Positions 28,848 to 38,809 of a stretch of DNA of 57,495 nucleotides are shown in pieces. Below the pieces are notes generated by a model. The model was not told the DNA's origin. It saw only the letters and a list, made by a program, of their open reading frames with translations, and made no database searches. Where the stretch lies: the IMG/VR virus record IMGVR_UViG_3300032220_001739. The stretch is one strand, 5' to 3'. Source of the DNA: an uncultured virus (IMG/VR IMGVR_UViG_3300032220_001739). Its lineage: Duplodnaviria; Heunggongvirae; Uroviricota; Caudoviricetes. The translations under genes were made by a program, and so were the position numbers. Position 1 is the first letter of the stretch, and each line of letters begins with the position of its first letter.

Positions 28848-30692
28848 ATGGTGGAAGAAACAAACAAGAATCAGTCTGAGCTAAATGATGGTAATTATTG
28901 GAGCACGGCTAAAGTTAACGAGTTACTCAGAAAAGCAGACGAGGAAGGGCTAGACTTCAAGAGCGTAGACAACCCTTTTCATGACAATAACCCGGAGCTA
29001 AGAAGATCCAATGTACTATTCGAGTACACGCAGGAGGAGATAATAGAAATTGACAAGTGCGCAAGAGACGTCATCTATTTTGCAAAATATTGTCAGGTCA
29101 TGACCGATACCGGTCTTGCTTATATTACTCTGAGAGAATATCAAGAATCGGTATTAAGAGAATATCAGGCCAATAGATTTAATATATTTCTAGCACCCCG
29201 GCAGGTTGGTAAATCTATAATGTCCGCTGTTTTTCTGGTGTGGTTTTTACTTTTCAATCACGATAAAAATGCGATGATCCTGGCAAACGTTGGTGACACA
29301 GCAGAGGAATTGATGGATAAGATAAAGGCCATAATAAAAGGATTGCCTTTTTTCTTGAAGCCCGGAATGATGGTCAATAATGTGATGTCTGTGCGTTTTG
29401 ATAACGGATGTAGGGTTATTGCTAAAACGACCACTAAGACATCCGGTATCGGTTTTACTATTCATTTTTTATACATGGACGAGTTTGCTCACATTAATTC
29501 GTCCTTTATGGAAGCTTTCTTCAGGTCCACATACCCCACAGTATCCTCCTCGAGGGTGTCCCGAATTATTATAACATCTACCCCAAATGGAATGAATAAG
29601 TTCTATGAGATGTATATGAGCGCTGTTAAAAAGGAGAACACATTCAATCCAATTAGGGTTGATTGGTGGCAGGTACCGGGAAGGGATGATGTGTGGAAAA
29701 ATAATGAAATATCTAACCTTGGGTCGGAGGAGCTATTTAATCAGGAGTATGGTAATCAGTTCTTAAGCTCCTCTACTTTGCTACTTGGATCACAGGAGTT
29801 ACAGAAGATAAAAAGAAACGAGGTAGAGTACTTATGGAGGGAGATTGATGAATTTCATTACTCTGACGTAAATTATGAGAATTTTCTATGGCATCCTAAA
29901 TTTGATATAGATAGCGCTGCAGAAGGGAATAAAAAATATGTTGTATCCGTCGATCTCTCAGGTGGAAACAAGGGTGATTTTACCGTCATTAATGTTTTCA
30001 AGGTCTCTCCTCTTCCAAAGAAAGTGATAGAAAGAATAGGTGAATTTGAGGACGAGGGCGATTTCTTTGGTCTTATCCAGGTTGGTATATTAAGGGACAA
30101 CGAGATAAAACTGGAGGATGTAGTTAAGATACTTAGAATACTGGTAAAGAATGTACTGGGTGTCGAATCTGTGAAAATAGCTCTTGAGATAAATTACAAG
30201 GGAGAGCTTCTGGTTGATAAGTTTCTTGCTGACGAGGATCTTTTTGAGGAAATTTTTGTTTACACTAAGCATTCTGAATCTGCTAGATCTTCTAAAGCTG
30301 GTATAAAATACAATGAAAAGAACAAGATGAAAAACTGTGAGCAGCTCAGAACACTTGTTAGAGCAGACAGAATATTGGTGAATGATAAGAAATGGACAGT
30401 GCCTGAACTATTCACATTTGGTCTGAATTCAAGAGGAACATATTCCAGCCAAACAGGTCATGATGACGTTGCTATGTCCCTGGTTAATCTCTCCTCTGCT
30501 TTTGAAAGTGGAGATTTCTACCAGCTGGTCGGAGAACTTTTTGATGTGATGGAAACCCCATATAAAGGATTAATATTAAATAAAATGGGGGAAACCGGAC
30601 AATCCCAATCTTCCGAAGAATTTGGATTCGGGAGTCAGGGTCCTTCTACCAAGGACGGAAAAAGCTTTAGGGACTTTAGTTCCATGATGTAG
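28848..30692 (+). CDS. terL: terminase large subunit (T4 gp17-like)
   Basis: LREYQ Q-motif, Walker A APRQVGKS, Walker B LYMDEFAH, ITSTPNGMNKFY, FNQEY, nuclease motifs VDLSGG and HDDVAM. Confidence 0.95.
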   Translation: MVEETNKNQSELNDGNYWSTAKVNELLRKADEEGLDFKSVDNPFHDNNPELRRSNVLFEYTQEEIIEIDKCARDVIYFAKYCQVMTDTGLAYITLREYQESVLREYQANRFNIFLAPRQVGKSIMSAVFLVWFLLFNHDKNAMILANVGDTAEELMDKIKAIIKGLPFFLKPGMMVNNVMSVRFDNGCRVIAKTTTKTSGIGFTIHFLYMDEFAHINSSFMEAFFRSTYPTVSSSRVSRIIITSTPNGMNKFYEMYMSAVKKENTFNPIRVDWWQVPGRDDVWKNNEISNLGSEELFNQEYGNQFLSSSTLLLGSQELQKIKRNEVEYLWREIDEFHYSDVNYENFLWHPKFDIDSAAEGNKKYVVSVDLSGGNKGDFTVINVFKVSPLPKKVIERIGEFEDEGDFFGLIQVGILRDNEIKLEDVVKILRILVKNVLGVESVKIALEINYKGELLVDKFLADEDLFEEIFVYTKHSESARSSKAGIKYNEKNKMKNCEQLRTLVRADRILVNDKKWTVPELFTFGLNSRGTYSSQTGHDDVAMSLVNLSSAFESGDFYQLVGELFDVMETPYKGLILNKMGETGQSQSSEEFGFGSQGPSTKDGKSFRDFSSMM

Positions 30693-30716
30693 ACCCTTCT
30701 TTTTCTAATTTGGTTT

Positions 30717-30725
30717 GATATATAG
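30717..30725 (+). promoter_or_regulatory. putative late promoter GATATATAG (sheath)
   Basis: Same motif about 30 nt upstream of the sheath ATG. Confidence 0.6.
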
Positions 30726-30754
30726 ACAAAGAAGAAAAAAATCATAAAGAAATA

Positions 30755-33700
30755 ATGGCACAAAAAATTAAAATCGACTATTCACAATTTAGAGCATCAG
30801 GCGTTTACACCCTGGAATTTGACAGTTCCGCTAGTGTGATATTAACGTCTACCACTATAAGATTGGTAGTTGGATTCTCTAACAAGGGCCCATTCAACAC
30901 ACCGGTTTACATACCGGATGCATCTACAATGATCTCGATTTTTGGTGATATTGACAGATCACTAGAAAATAGAGGATCTTTCTTCCAAAGATCTATACTA
31001 ACCTGCTTGAATGCGGGACCGGTTTTTGCTTTAAATTTATTGAAGCTTAATGATGATTTAGACAGTGCTACCCCCGATGTTGTTGATTACAGATCTTATT
31101 CTGTTGATACCGAACAGTTTAATGGTATTTTAACAAGTAAACTATACTCGTCTTTTTATAACAAAGAGAGATTTTGGTTTGCTTCAACTGAATACTTCTT
31201 GGCCACATTGAGCTTACTGGATCAAGGAAGATTACTCAACCTTGTTAATCTTGGTCAACAGCCAATGAGTGTTATCATAAGAAAGTCCACTGACTCGACA
31301 ACGCCAATAAAGGGATATAATATCTTCGCTATAGATTGGTATGGTGCTGATAATGTGCCTAGTTTTATGCACCCTTATGATTACATCCAGGATTATTTCA
31401 TTGATGTTATTGCAGTTTCTGGTAGTTGGACTAATTACCCACAACTTTCTGTGGATCCTCAATGGAGCCAATATTTTACATCCAATGGGTTTATTAAGAG
31501 CCAGATGGATAATTTCCTTAATAATCCTAATGTTCAGCTTCTTGTTTATCAAACAGGATGTATTATACCTGATTTTACCGATTTGAATGGGGTTAACCAG
31601 TACATCCAAACGTTGGTCAATAGTAATACTGCTTCAACCGGTTTATTCTGTGCCGTAGACGAAAAGGCATTTGATGATATTTGTAATAATACCTACAGGA
31701 TAGATCTTGTAGGTAATAACCTTATCGACGAATTAACATCAGATAGAGACCTACTAAGCCCAAGACTTGATTTCTTAAGTTACGATCAAGCTTTATTGGC
31801 TGATTATTTATACACTGAAGCAAATTACGGAGTTACTGGTGCATCCGGTGCAACTGGTGGTAATATGTACGTTGGTACTTTATTCGACCCGATCACATTC
31901 GGAGCTACCGGTGGTACAACGGATAAGGGTCTTTACTCAAATACATTCCAGGCTTACGATCCGAATGCATTTGATGGTGGATATCACTATATCATTACAG
32001 GTACAGGTGGAGCACCTCCTTTATCGACATCTCAGAAATCTTCTCTTAAAACATTCTGTGATATTTCTTCTTCGGCTGATCAGAAATTTATTATAGGTAA
32101 AGCTACTATACCAGCTGGTGTAACTGGATCTGTCCCCTCAAGTTTCGGAGGTCCAAACACAACCCAACTAGTTAAGCTTAAGATAGCTTTAACTAAGACT
32201 TCTAATTCGGAAGTTAAAATTCTATGGCAACATCCGTTGGATACTGCTTACTATAGATCTCAAGGTATTACAGTTGAGCCTTGGGCTTATCTGCAACAAG
32301 TTCCTATCGATCCAGATATCGCATTCCTGAATTCAGGTGTTGGTGTATATCAATTTGGATGGGCTGATAGAGTAGGTGAGGAGTCTATACTAAACCCAGA
32401 CGGAGCAGGAGTAACAGGATCAGGATTCCCAAATGGATATTCTAACTCTTTGATAGCGTATTCTATGTCTAACCCTTATATTGATTTTCAATATAACGAG
32501 ACCGCAGATGGAGATATTATTTGGAAAAATTCAGACGGAACGGACATTCAATATCTGGATTACCAAAGCTTGGTTGATGTAGATGGATTTCCTTATGTAG
32601 CGGTTAGATCTTTTAGTAATACTTCTAGAGACATTACTAGCCTAGAAGATATTGCTGCCTTTGGTGCTTCTTATGCCTCAGATAATGTGGGTCTCCCAGT
32701 TTCTGCAGATAAGATAGACATCATATCACAAAATGGAAACATAAACGAATACCTTAATGTTATAACTAGGGTAGATGCCACAACGTTTACTATAGGTTTA
32801 GACGCCCTTGGCAACGTTCCTTTATCAGTGGGTGATTGGATAGTTTCTACTGACCTTAATATATGTTTAGATGCTGCAGGGACAAGACAGTCTAGACTAG
32901 GAAAGATCACTACAGTTTCTGCTACAACAACTAGCGGTGTCTACAGAGTAACTTGTGCTAGACCAGTACTTTATTACTCAGGAACACCTCTAAGAGTTCA
33001 GAAGTTCACATCGATTGAGGATTTCACTACATCTTTTGATTTCACATACTTCCAAGGTTTCACTATGACTGAAAGGCATAGACCAAATGGAACTGATGCT
33101 AGACTAACTGAGATATTAGATGTACTTTACAATACAGATCTTGCTATAGCACTTGCTAATAAGGACGCTATAACTTACAGATACATTATTGATACATTCG
33201 GTGGACAAATACTTCCTAATTCTAAGTATCAATTGAGTAAGTTGGCGATGATGAGACAGCAATCTCTTGCTATCATCAATGCGCCTTCTACTGCTCAATT
33301 CCAGGCTTCTACAGATCCTAGATTTACTGATGCACCTACAGCTACTAATCCTAAGCCGTTGTTAAATACTGCTTATATAGCTTCCGGAGGTAATCTATCC
33401 TTGAATCCTACATACACATTCAGTCTTCCTTCCGAAGCTGATGGAGCTAAATTCTGTGCATTCTACTCACCTTATATCACTATAAGGGAGTCAAACAGAA
33501 ACGTAAACGTTCCACCGGCAGCTTTAGTTTCTAATAATTTCATTAGAAAATTTGCGACAGGTGAACCTTATGCAATCGTAGCAGGTCAAAAAAGAGGGGT
33601 TCTTTCAGGGCAAACTATAGTAGGTGTTGAATATGATTATAGTGATGCAGACAGAGGAAATTTAGAGCCATTCGGAATAAATCCTATCATCAGAAGAAAA

Positions 33701-34096
33701 GGAGTTGGTGTAGTTATATTCGGTAACGGAACTGCTTACCAACAAGTTAACTCTGCATTTAGTCTTGTTCACGTTAGAGATTTGCTCATCAGCATTGAAA
33801 CTGACACCAATCAAATTCTTTCTAACTATCTGTTTGACTTCAACGAGGATTCAATCAGACTTGAAATTAAGACTTTGGTTGATAATTACTTAGATGGAGT
33901 AAGAGCAGGAGGTGGTATTTATGCTTATAAGACCATCATGGATGCTACTAACAATACACCAGCGATCATTGATATGAACATGGGCGTTATTGACATCATC
34001 ATCGAGCCTGCAAGAGGTATACAGAAATTCATAAACAGAATCACTGTAACTAGAACAGGCGGTATAGCTGCTGGAGGATTCATACAGTTTGTATAA
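30755..34096 (+). CDS. gp18: contractile tail sheath protein (T4 gp18-like), enlarged
   Basis: SGVYTLEFD, VGFSNKGPFNTPV, VPPA, AGQKRG, GINPI, VIFGN, VRDLL, FDFN and DIIIEPARGIQKF motifs; 1113 aa. Confidence 0.93.
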   Translation: MAQKIKIDYSQFRASGVYTLEFDSSASVILTSTTIRLVVGFSNKGPFNTPVYIPDASTMISIFGDIDRSLENRGSFFQRSILTCLNAGPVFALNLLKLNDDLDSATPDVVDYRSYSVDTEQFNGILTSKLYSSFYNKERFWFASTEYFLATLSLLDQGRLLNLVNLGQQPMSVIIRKSTDSTTPIKGYNIFAIDWYGADNVPSFMHPYDYIQDYFIDVIAVSGSWTNYPQLSVDPQWSQYFTSNGFIKSQMDNFLNNPNVQLLVYQTGCIIPDFTDLNGVNQYIQTLVNSNTASTGLFCAVDEKAFDDICNNTYRIDLVGNNLIDELTSDRDLLSPRLDFLSYDQALLADYLYTEANYGVTGASGATGGNMYVGTLFDPITFGATGGTTDKGLYSNTFQAYDPNAFDGGYHYIITGTGGAPPLSTSQKSSLKTFCDISSSADQKFIIGKATIPAGVTGSVPSSFGGPNTTQLVKLKIALTKTSNSEVKILWQHPLDTAYYRSQGITVEPWAYLQQVPIDPDIAFLNSGVGVYQFGWADRVGEESILNPDGAGVTGSGFPNGYSNSLIAYSMSNPYIDFQYNETADGDIIWKNSDGTDIQYLDYQSLVDVDGFPYVAVRSFSNTSRDITSLEDIAAFGASYASDNVGLPVSADKIDIISQNGNINEYLNVITRVDATTFTIGLDALGNVPLSVGDWIVSTDLNICLDAAGTRQSRLGKITTVSATTTSGVYRVTCARPVLYYSGTPLRVQKFTSIEDFTTSFDFTYFQGFTMTERHRPNGTDARLTEILDVLYNTDLAIALANKDAITYRYIIDTFGGQILPNSKYQLSKLAMMRQQSLAIINAPSTAQFQASTDPRFTDAPTATNPKPLLNTAYIASGGNLSLNPTYTFSLPSEADGAKFCAFYSPYITIRESNRNVNVPPAALVSNNFIRKFATGEPYAIVAGQKRGVLSGQTIVGVEYDYSDADRGNLEPFGINPIIRRKGVGVVIFGNGTAYQQVNSAFSLVHVRDLLISIETDTNQILSNYLFDFNEDSIRLEIKTLVDNYLDGVRAGGGIYAYKTIMDATNNTPAIIDMNMGVIDIIIEPARGIQKFINRITVTRTGGIAAGGFIQFV

Positions 34097-34136
34097 AATT
34101 TGATCACTCAGAAGCAAATAGATAAATAGTTAGTAT

Positions 34137-34691
34137 ATGGCAGGCTTACCACATTTTTCAAACTCGATCGCATCGATGAATAACTTCGAACCGGTTTACT
34201 TAAACCAGTTTGAGGTAGTAATAAATCCACCAGCTGCTGTAGCTGGTGGACCTATTCTTTTACAGCACGTAACGAAGGTTTCTGGTATGGATGTAGATAA
34301 AAATCCAGCACCTGTAGCTCAGAAGTACAAGTTTGCAAAAAGAAACTACGCGGGAGCTAAACCAGATACTACTGGGATGACCGTTTCAATGAGCTTCACT
34401 GTGAACTTGAACGATGCTAATTCTATGTATGTTTTTAAAACACTAAGACAATGGACGGATCTTATCTATAATCCATTAACCGGAGCAATGGGTGTTAAAA
34501 ATGACTATGTAGGGTCAATAGTTATTTCAATCTTTAATAAAAACGGTGACGTTTTTAAAAGAGTAGTTTGTAAAGACTGCTTCCCACTTAGCGCAATTTC
34601 GCCAATGAACATAAGTTATGCAGCAGAAGAGGTTTGGAAGATAGACAATATGGAATGGGCAGTTGATTATTGGGAAGATCTATTCCTATAA
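34137..34691 (+). CDS. tail tube protein (gp19-like), paralogue 1
   Basis: Follows the sheath gene. NQFEV, LRQWTDLIYNPLTG, DCFP and DYWE are tube-family motifs. Confidence 0.8.
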   Translation: MAGLPHFSNSIASMNNFEPVYLNQFEVVINPPAAVAGGPILLQHVTKVSGMDVDKNPAPVAQKYKFAKRNYAGAKPDTTGMTVSMSFTVNLNDANSMYVFKTLRQWTDLIYNPLTGAMGVKNDYVGSIVISIFNKNGDVFKRVVCKDCFPLSAISPMNISYAAEEVWKIDNMEWAVDYWEDLFL

Positions 34692-34707
34692 AAAAATTTA
34701 AGAAGAA

Positions 34708-35283
34708 ATGTCAGGATTACCACACTATACTAATTCTCAAGCTGCTATACAGCTTTACGAACCAGTTTATCTTAACCAGTTCGAGGTTATTATTAATACC
34801 CCAGCGGGTGTTCAGCAGTTACCTGGTTTAAATGGAGAATTGATACTGACCCAGCAGGTTAAATCTATATCCGGTATGACCGTTGATATACAGCCATCTG
34901 GACCAGTTGAGCAATTCTATAAGTTCGCTACTAGAAGATATGCGGGGGGTGAACCCTCCCAGACTGACATGGATTTAACCATGGAATTCGAGGTTAACCT
35001 TAACGAATCCAATTCGATGACTGTGTACAGGAGTCTTAGACAATGGTCGGATCTTATCTATAATCCATTGACTGGTGCTATGGGACTTAAGCGTGATTAT
35101 GTTGGATCTATGGTTATATCTATATTCAATAAGCAGGGTGATGTTTTTAGAAGAATAAGAATACCGGTTTGCTTTATAAGTACGCCAATACCAGCTTTGG
35201 AGTTAGATTATGACCAGGGAGCTAATATCTATAGTATTAGTATTTCTTGGAAATGCGATTACTGGGAAGATCTTTTCTTGTAA
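34708..35283 (+). CDS. tail tube-like protein (gp19/gp54-like), paralogue 2
   Basis: Collinear with the previous gene: GLPH, EPVYLNQFEV, LRQWSDLIYNPLTGAMG, SIFNKQGDVF, DYWEDLFL. Confidence 0.8.
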   Translation: MSGLPHYTNSQAAIQLYEPVYLNQFEVIINTPAGVQQLPGLNGELILTQQVKSISGMTVDIQPSGPVEQFYKFATRRYAGGEPSQTDMDLTMEFEVNLNESNSMTVYRSLRQWSDLIYNPLTGAMGLKRDYVGSMVISIFNKQGDVFRRIRIPVCFISTPIPALELDYDQGANIYSISISWKCDYWEDLFL

Positions 35284-35302
35284 AATAAAGGAACTTAAAG
35301 GG

Positions 35303-35332
35303 AAAGGACGCTATAAATTGTGTCCTTTTTTT
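35303..35332 (+). terminator. intrinsic terminator after the tube genes
   Basis: AAAGGACGC-tataaatt-GTGTCCTTT hairpin (one G-U pair) running into a T tract. Confidence 0.7.
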
Positions 35333-35372
35333 GTGGACCGTTATATAATTTATAACATAAGATCTTAATATT

Positions 35373-36512
35373 ATGAAGAATTTATCGCCCGAGGAAATCC
35401 TCAGAAATAAAGAAGCAGCTAGTGGATTCGTCTATGATGATCCTAAAGATGAAGTAGCTGTAACAAATACCGAGAATCCGGTTACACTAAACGAGAATCC
35501 GGTTACCCTAAGTGAAAATGCTTACACTGCCCAGGAACACATTTCTGCTAAAGCCCCTATTGAAGAGCAGACTGTTCAGAACCCTCCTAATTCGTTAGGC
35601 AGGGTCGAAAGAAAGCATCCTTACTTCCAACAGGAAGCTCAATCTACTCATCCCCATAATAGTGCTCAAAAACAACCTGGTGAGTTAGGCTGGAAGAATA
35701 TACCAATGAGTATACTTCCATCAAAGGGTATGTACTACCCAGATGGTACTAGAATAGCTATTAGAGCTGCGGAGGTAAAGGAAATCAGACATTTCTCAAC
35801 AATAGACGACGAGGATAGAATAGACATAGAGGAAAAATTAGGCTATATCCTCGATAAGTGTATGAGAATGGATTTTCCGACACAGGGTATAGTTTCTTAT
35901 CAGGACCTAAAATCCGAGGATAGATTTTTCATAACACTAGCAATAAGAGATCTAACTTTCACTAGAGGTGAGAATAGTGTAATATTAATTCCCAACAATC
36001 CTTGTGAATCTAAGGAATGCCCGTTAAGAGACGGATTTGAACTTAGAACCGGTGTTTTGTCAATGTATGAGATTGAAGATAAGATACTGGAATATTATGA
36101 CAGCGAAAGAAGATGTTTTTCTTTTGATATAAAGAAGCTGGATAAAAATATTAAGATGTTTGTTCCTAGTATAGGAGTTACTAAAAGAATATCCGATTTT
36201 ATAATATCCCTTGCCAAGAGAGGCGTTGAAATAGATGATGCTTTTGTACAGATATCACCTTTCATATTTGAGGATTGGAGAACCCTAACTGAGGGGTCAT
36301 TCCAGTCAAGATTAAAAGACAGTGATTCCTGGTCAAAAGAGGAATTCAGCTTACTGTTTGAATTATCTGAAAAAATAAAAATAGGTACAAAGTCCAAGGC
36401 ATTGGTAAAGTGCCCTAAGTGCGGTGGAAGGGAGGTCACCGCCGACATTACCTTTCCCAAAGGGCTTAGATCCCTTTTCGTTATTTCAGATATCATTGGA
36501 GAACTTCTTTGA
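35373..36512 (+). CDS. T4 gp26-like baseplate hub / tail assembly chaperone
   Basis: LPSKGMYY..IAIRAAEVKE, DRFFITLAIRDLT, and a C-terminal CPKCG...FPKGLRSLF. Located between the tube genes and the tape-measure-like gene. Confidence 0.6.
   Translation: MKNLSPEEILRNKEAASGFVYDDPKDEVAVTNTENPVTLNENPVTLSENAYTAQEHISAKAPIEEQTVQNPPNSLGRVERKHPYFQQEAQSTHPHNSAQKQPGELGWKNIPMSILPSKGMYYPDGTRIAIRAAEVKEIRHFSTIDDEDRIDIEEKLGYILDKCMRMDFPTQGIVSYQDLKSEDRFFITLAIRDLTFTRGENSVILIPNNPCESKECPLRDGFELRTGVLSMYEIEDKILEYYDSERRCFSFDIKKLDKNIKMFVPSIGVTKRISDFIISLAKRGVEIDDAFVQISPFIFEDWRTLTEGSFQSRLKDSDSWSKEEFSLLFELSEKIKIGTKSKALVKCPKCGGREVTADITFPKGLRSLFVISDIIGELL
35471..35512 (+). repeat. 21-bp in-frame tandem duplication (ENPVTL x2)
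   Basis: cgagaatccggttacactaaa followed by cgagaatccggttaccctaag. Confidence 0.85.
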
Positions 36513-36684
36513 TCTGAAGTTTAGACTATGGAAGGAGCACGGTCTTGATCCTGAATGGGTAGAGGGAATACCTTATTATGAATACCAGATATGGATAGAT
36601 AAGCTTAATCTCGCTATTGATGCTGATAATCAAGAAGTACTTGCAGATTCAGGAAAGAGCACAGTTTTCTCTTTTAGGAAGTAA
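36496..36684 (+). CDS. small tail/baseplate assembly chaperone-like ORF overlapping the gp26-like gene in the +1 frame
   Basis: SLENFFDLKFRLWKEHGLDPEWVEGIPYYEYQIWIDKL resembles the small ORF that follows gp26-like genes in T4-like phages. It has no ATG; possible starts are TTG 36496, GTG 36424, or a frameshift. Confidence 0.6.
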   Translation: MENFFDLKFRLWKEHGLDPEWVEGIPYYEYQIWIDKLNLAIDADNQEVLADSGKSTVFSFRK

Positions 36685-36726
36685 AATTGAAACCAAAATA
36701 TATAGAAATAAAGAATTATTTCATAA

Positions 36727-38181
36727 ATGTCATCTACCGAAAGTGAAAAACAGTTCATTGACCTATCGAGAAGTTTAGAGGGTCTCGTTGGTGAATTGAA
36801 AAAAATGAACATATCGTCTATCAAGGACGATATTAAGAAACAGGGTGATGTTATAGAGAGATCACTGGGTAACGTAAAGGGTAGCTTTAGAAGAGGCGGT
36901 AAAACTAAGGATGATGGAAACTATTTAGTTGGTGAGAATGGACCAGAAGTGGTTTCGCTTCCTACCGGATCCTCAATAATACCTTTAGATGTTTCAGATT
37001 TAATAGAGGGATTAAAAAATGTTTCTAAGCTCAAGGACGATCTTGATGATAAGATTTTAAACTATGACAAGGATAAGGGTGTTGTAGTTACGCCAACGGG
37101 TGATTACGATATTGGTTTTATAAAAAAACAACTCGAAAAGCAAATAGCTGACGATGCTGCTTCGGATGTTTCCGATGGTGGTAAAAGTGCAGAGGCTGTG
37201 GTTGCTCTTGAAAAATTACAGGATAAGATAAAAAATGTTAAACCCGAAAGCAAAGAGGGAAGCATGGATGAAAAAATTGGTAAATCAGCGGGTCCGAGTG
37301 CAGAGGAAATAAAAGCGGAGAGAGAAAGATTATTAGCAGAAGACTATGAATTCTATACAGAATATCCTAAAAGCCTGCAGGATGATCTAGATTCCTATAT
37401 AAGCAGTTACAGTTCTGGACCTGCCTCTTCTCTCAATGAATTTTTAACTGCCGGGCCAGAATTAGCAGGGAAGGAAAAACCTAGTTCTAAAGAGGAAAGC
37501 GGGGGAAAGGAAAAAGATAATTCAAAAGAGGAAAGCGTAGAGAAGATCACAAAAAATAGAAAAGAAAAAGAAAAGGGGAGTACTGGAGAGGGCCTATTCT
37601 CCAAAGGAAAATTGTTAGAATCTAAGAAAAATTCAGGTGCTGGTATTGCAACTACTGGACTTTCTCTTTTGGAAAAAAAATCAGGTCTAACAGATAAAGC
37701 TGTTAACTTGGGGTCTAAATTTGGTATATCTGGCGATAAAACCAAAAAGTTAATCAACACGGCTAAACAGAAAGCTGTAAGTAAAGTTCAGAATTTGGGT
37801 AAAAAATCACCCAAGGAAAATGAAGATAAGGAAGATACCAAAAGCAAAGCAGTAAACGAGAAGCCTGAATTAAATCCACCGCCTAAGCCAGCGCCACCAC
37901 CCGAGCCCAAGCCGGCTCCAACCGCAGCCCCTGCCCCGGAGAAGAGCAAATCAGCAAATCCGGAGGCTAGCCCAAAATCAGAAACTACTGAGACACCTAG
38001 CAAATCGGGGACACCTGAGCCCGCGTCTAGTGGAGCTTCTAATTCTGCCTCTGGCGCATCCCTGTCTAACGAGGATGCTAAAGACATCAAAAGCCTTCTT
38101 AGTAAGATAGCAAATACACTAGCTGGACCACTAAATATTAGTTCACCTGATCCTTTTAGACCAGATTCTAGAAGAATTTAA
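36727..38181 (+). CDS. tape-measure-like / baseplate hub protein
   Basis: GG......YLVGENGPEVV.LP.GS.IIP is a motif common in tape-measure proteins. The rest is K/E/S-rich with a Pro-rich linker, and the synteny fits. Confidence 0.45.
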   Translation: MSSTESEKQFIDLSRSLEGLVGELKKMNISSIKDDIKKQGDVIERSLGNVKGSFRRGGKTKDDGNYLVGENGPEVVSLPTGSSIIPLDVSDLIEGLKNVSKLKDDLDDKILNYDKDKGVVVTPTGDYDIGFIKKQLEKQIADDAASDVSDGGKSAEAVVALEKLQDKIKNVKPESKEGSMDEKIGKSAGPSAEEIKAERERLLAEDYEFYTEYPKSLQDDLDSYISSYSSGPASSLNEFLTAGPELAGKEKPSSKEESGGKEKDNSKEESVEKITKNRKEKEKGSTGEGLFSKGKLLESKKNSGAGIATTGLSLLEKKSGLTDKAVNLGSKFGISGDKTKKLINTAKQKAVSKVQNLGKKSPKENEDKEDTKSKAVNEKPELNPPPKPAPPPEPKPAPTAAPAPEKSKSANPEASPKSETTETPSKSGTPEPASSGASNSASGASLSNEDAKDIKSLLSKIANTLAGPLNISSPDPFRPDSRRI

Positions 38182-38215
38182 TTTAAATCCTCGGGTTTCC
38201 TGCGGATTTTTGTAT

Positions 38216-38223
38216 TACATTTG
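38216..38223 (+). promoter_or_regulatory. Bacteroidota-type -7 promoter element (TAnnTTTG)
   Basis: TACATTTG in the intergenic gap just upstream of the dCMP deaminase start. Confidence 0.45.
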
Positions 38224-38240
38224 AGGTATATTAAACTGGA

Positions 38241-38789
38241 ATGCCTATGTCAGAAAAGATACTCTTTAAAGATCTATCTTTCATAAATGAAGAATTTATA
38301 GAAAAAAACATCTCCTGGAGAGTTATACCACAGTCAGATTCAACGTATTTACTTTTAACTGGCGATAACTTATATTTAAACGAAAAAGAGGAGAGAATGG
38401 ATTCCGTGTATCTCGAGATGGCTGAATCCTGGGGAAAGAATTCCCATTGTAAAAGAGCACAGGTTGGATGTTTAATGGTTAAAAATAAGTCTATTATATC
38501 GGATGGGTATAACGGATCACCAACGGGATTTCCTAATGTATGTGAGGATGAGAAAGGTGATACGCTATCCTGGGTTTTGCATGCGGAGGCAAACGCTATA
38601 ACAAAGTTAGCTAAGAGCACTCAGAGCTCTGATGGCTCTACGATTTACGTAACTCTTTCCCCTTGCTTCGAATGCTCAAAACTAATCATTCAATCCGCTA
38701 TAAAGAGAGTAGTTTTTACCGAGCTATATAGGAAGCATGATTCGTTGTCCTTTCTTTTAAGAGGCGGGATTGAATTAATGAAATTATAA
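38241..38789 (+). CDS. dCMP deaminase
   Basis: SHCKRAQVGC, DGYNG, and Zn ligands HAEANAI and PCFEC. Confidence 0.92.
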   Translation: MPMSEKILFKDLSFINEEFIEKNISWRVIPQSDSTYLLLTGDNLYLNEKEERMDSVYLEMAESWGKNSHCKRAQVGCLMVKNKSIISDGYNGSPTGFPNVCEDEKGDTLSWVLHAEANAITKLAKSTQSSDGSTIYVTLSPCFECSKLIIQSAIKRVVFTELYRKHDSLSFLLRGGIELMKL

Positions 38790-38809
38790 TTTGTAAATAT
38801 ATTTATATA

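Noticed and set aside
28848..30692. Intein or intron in the terminase, or in the portals and ligase
   Set aside because: Lengths are ordinary and the motifs are contiguous, with no intein C/S...HN signatures seen.
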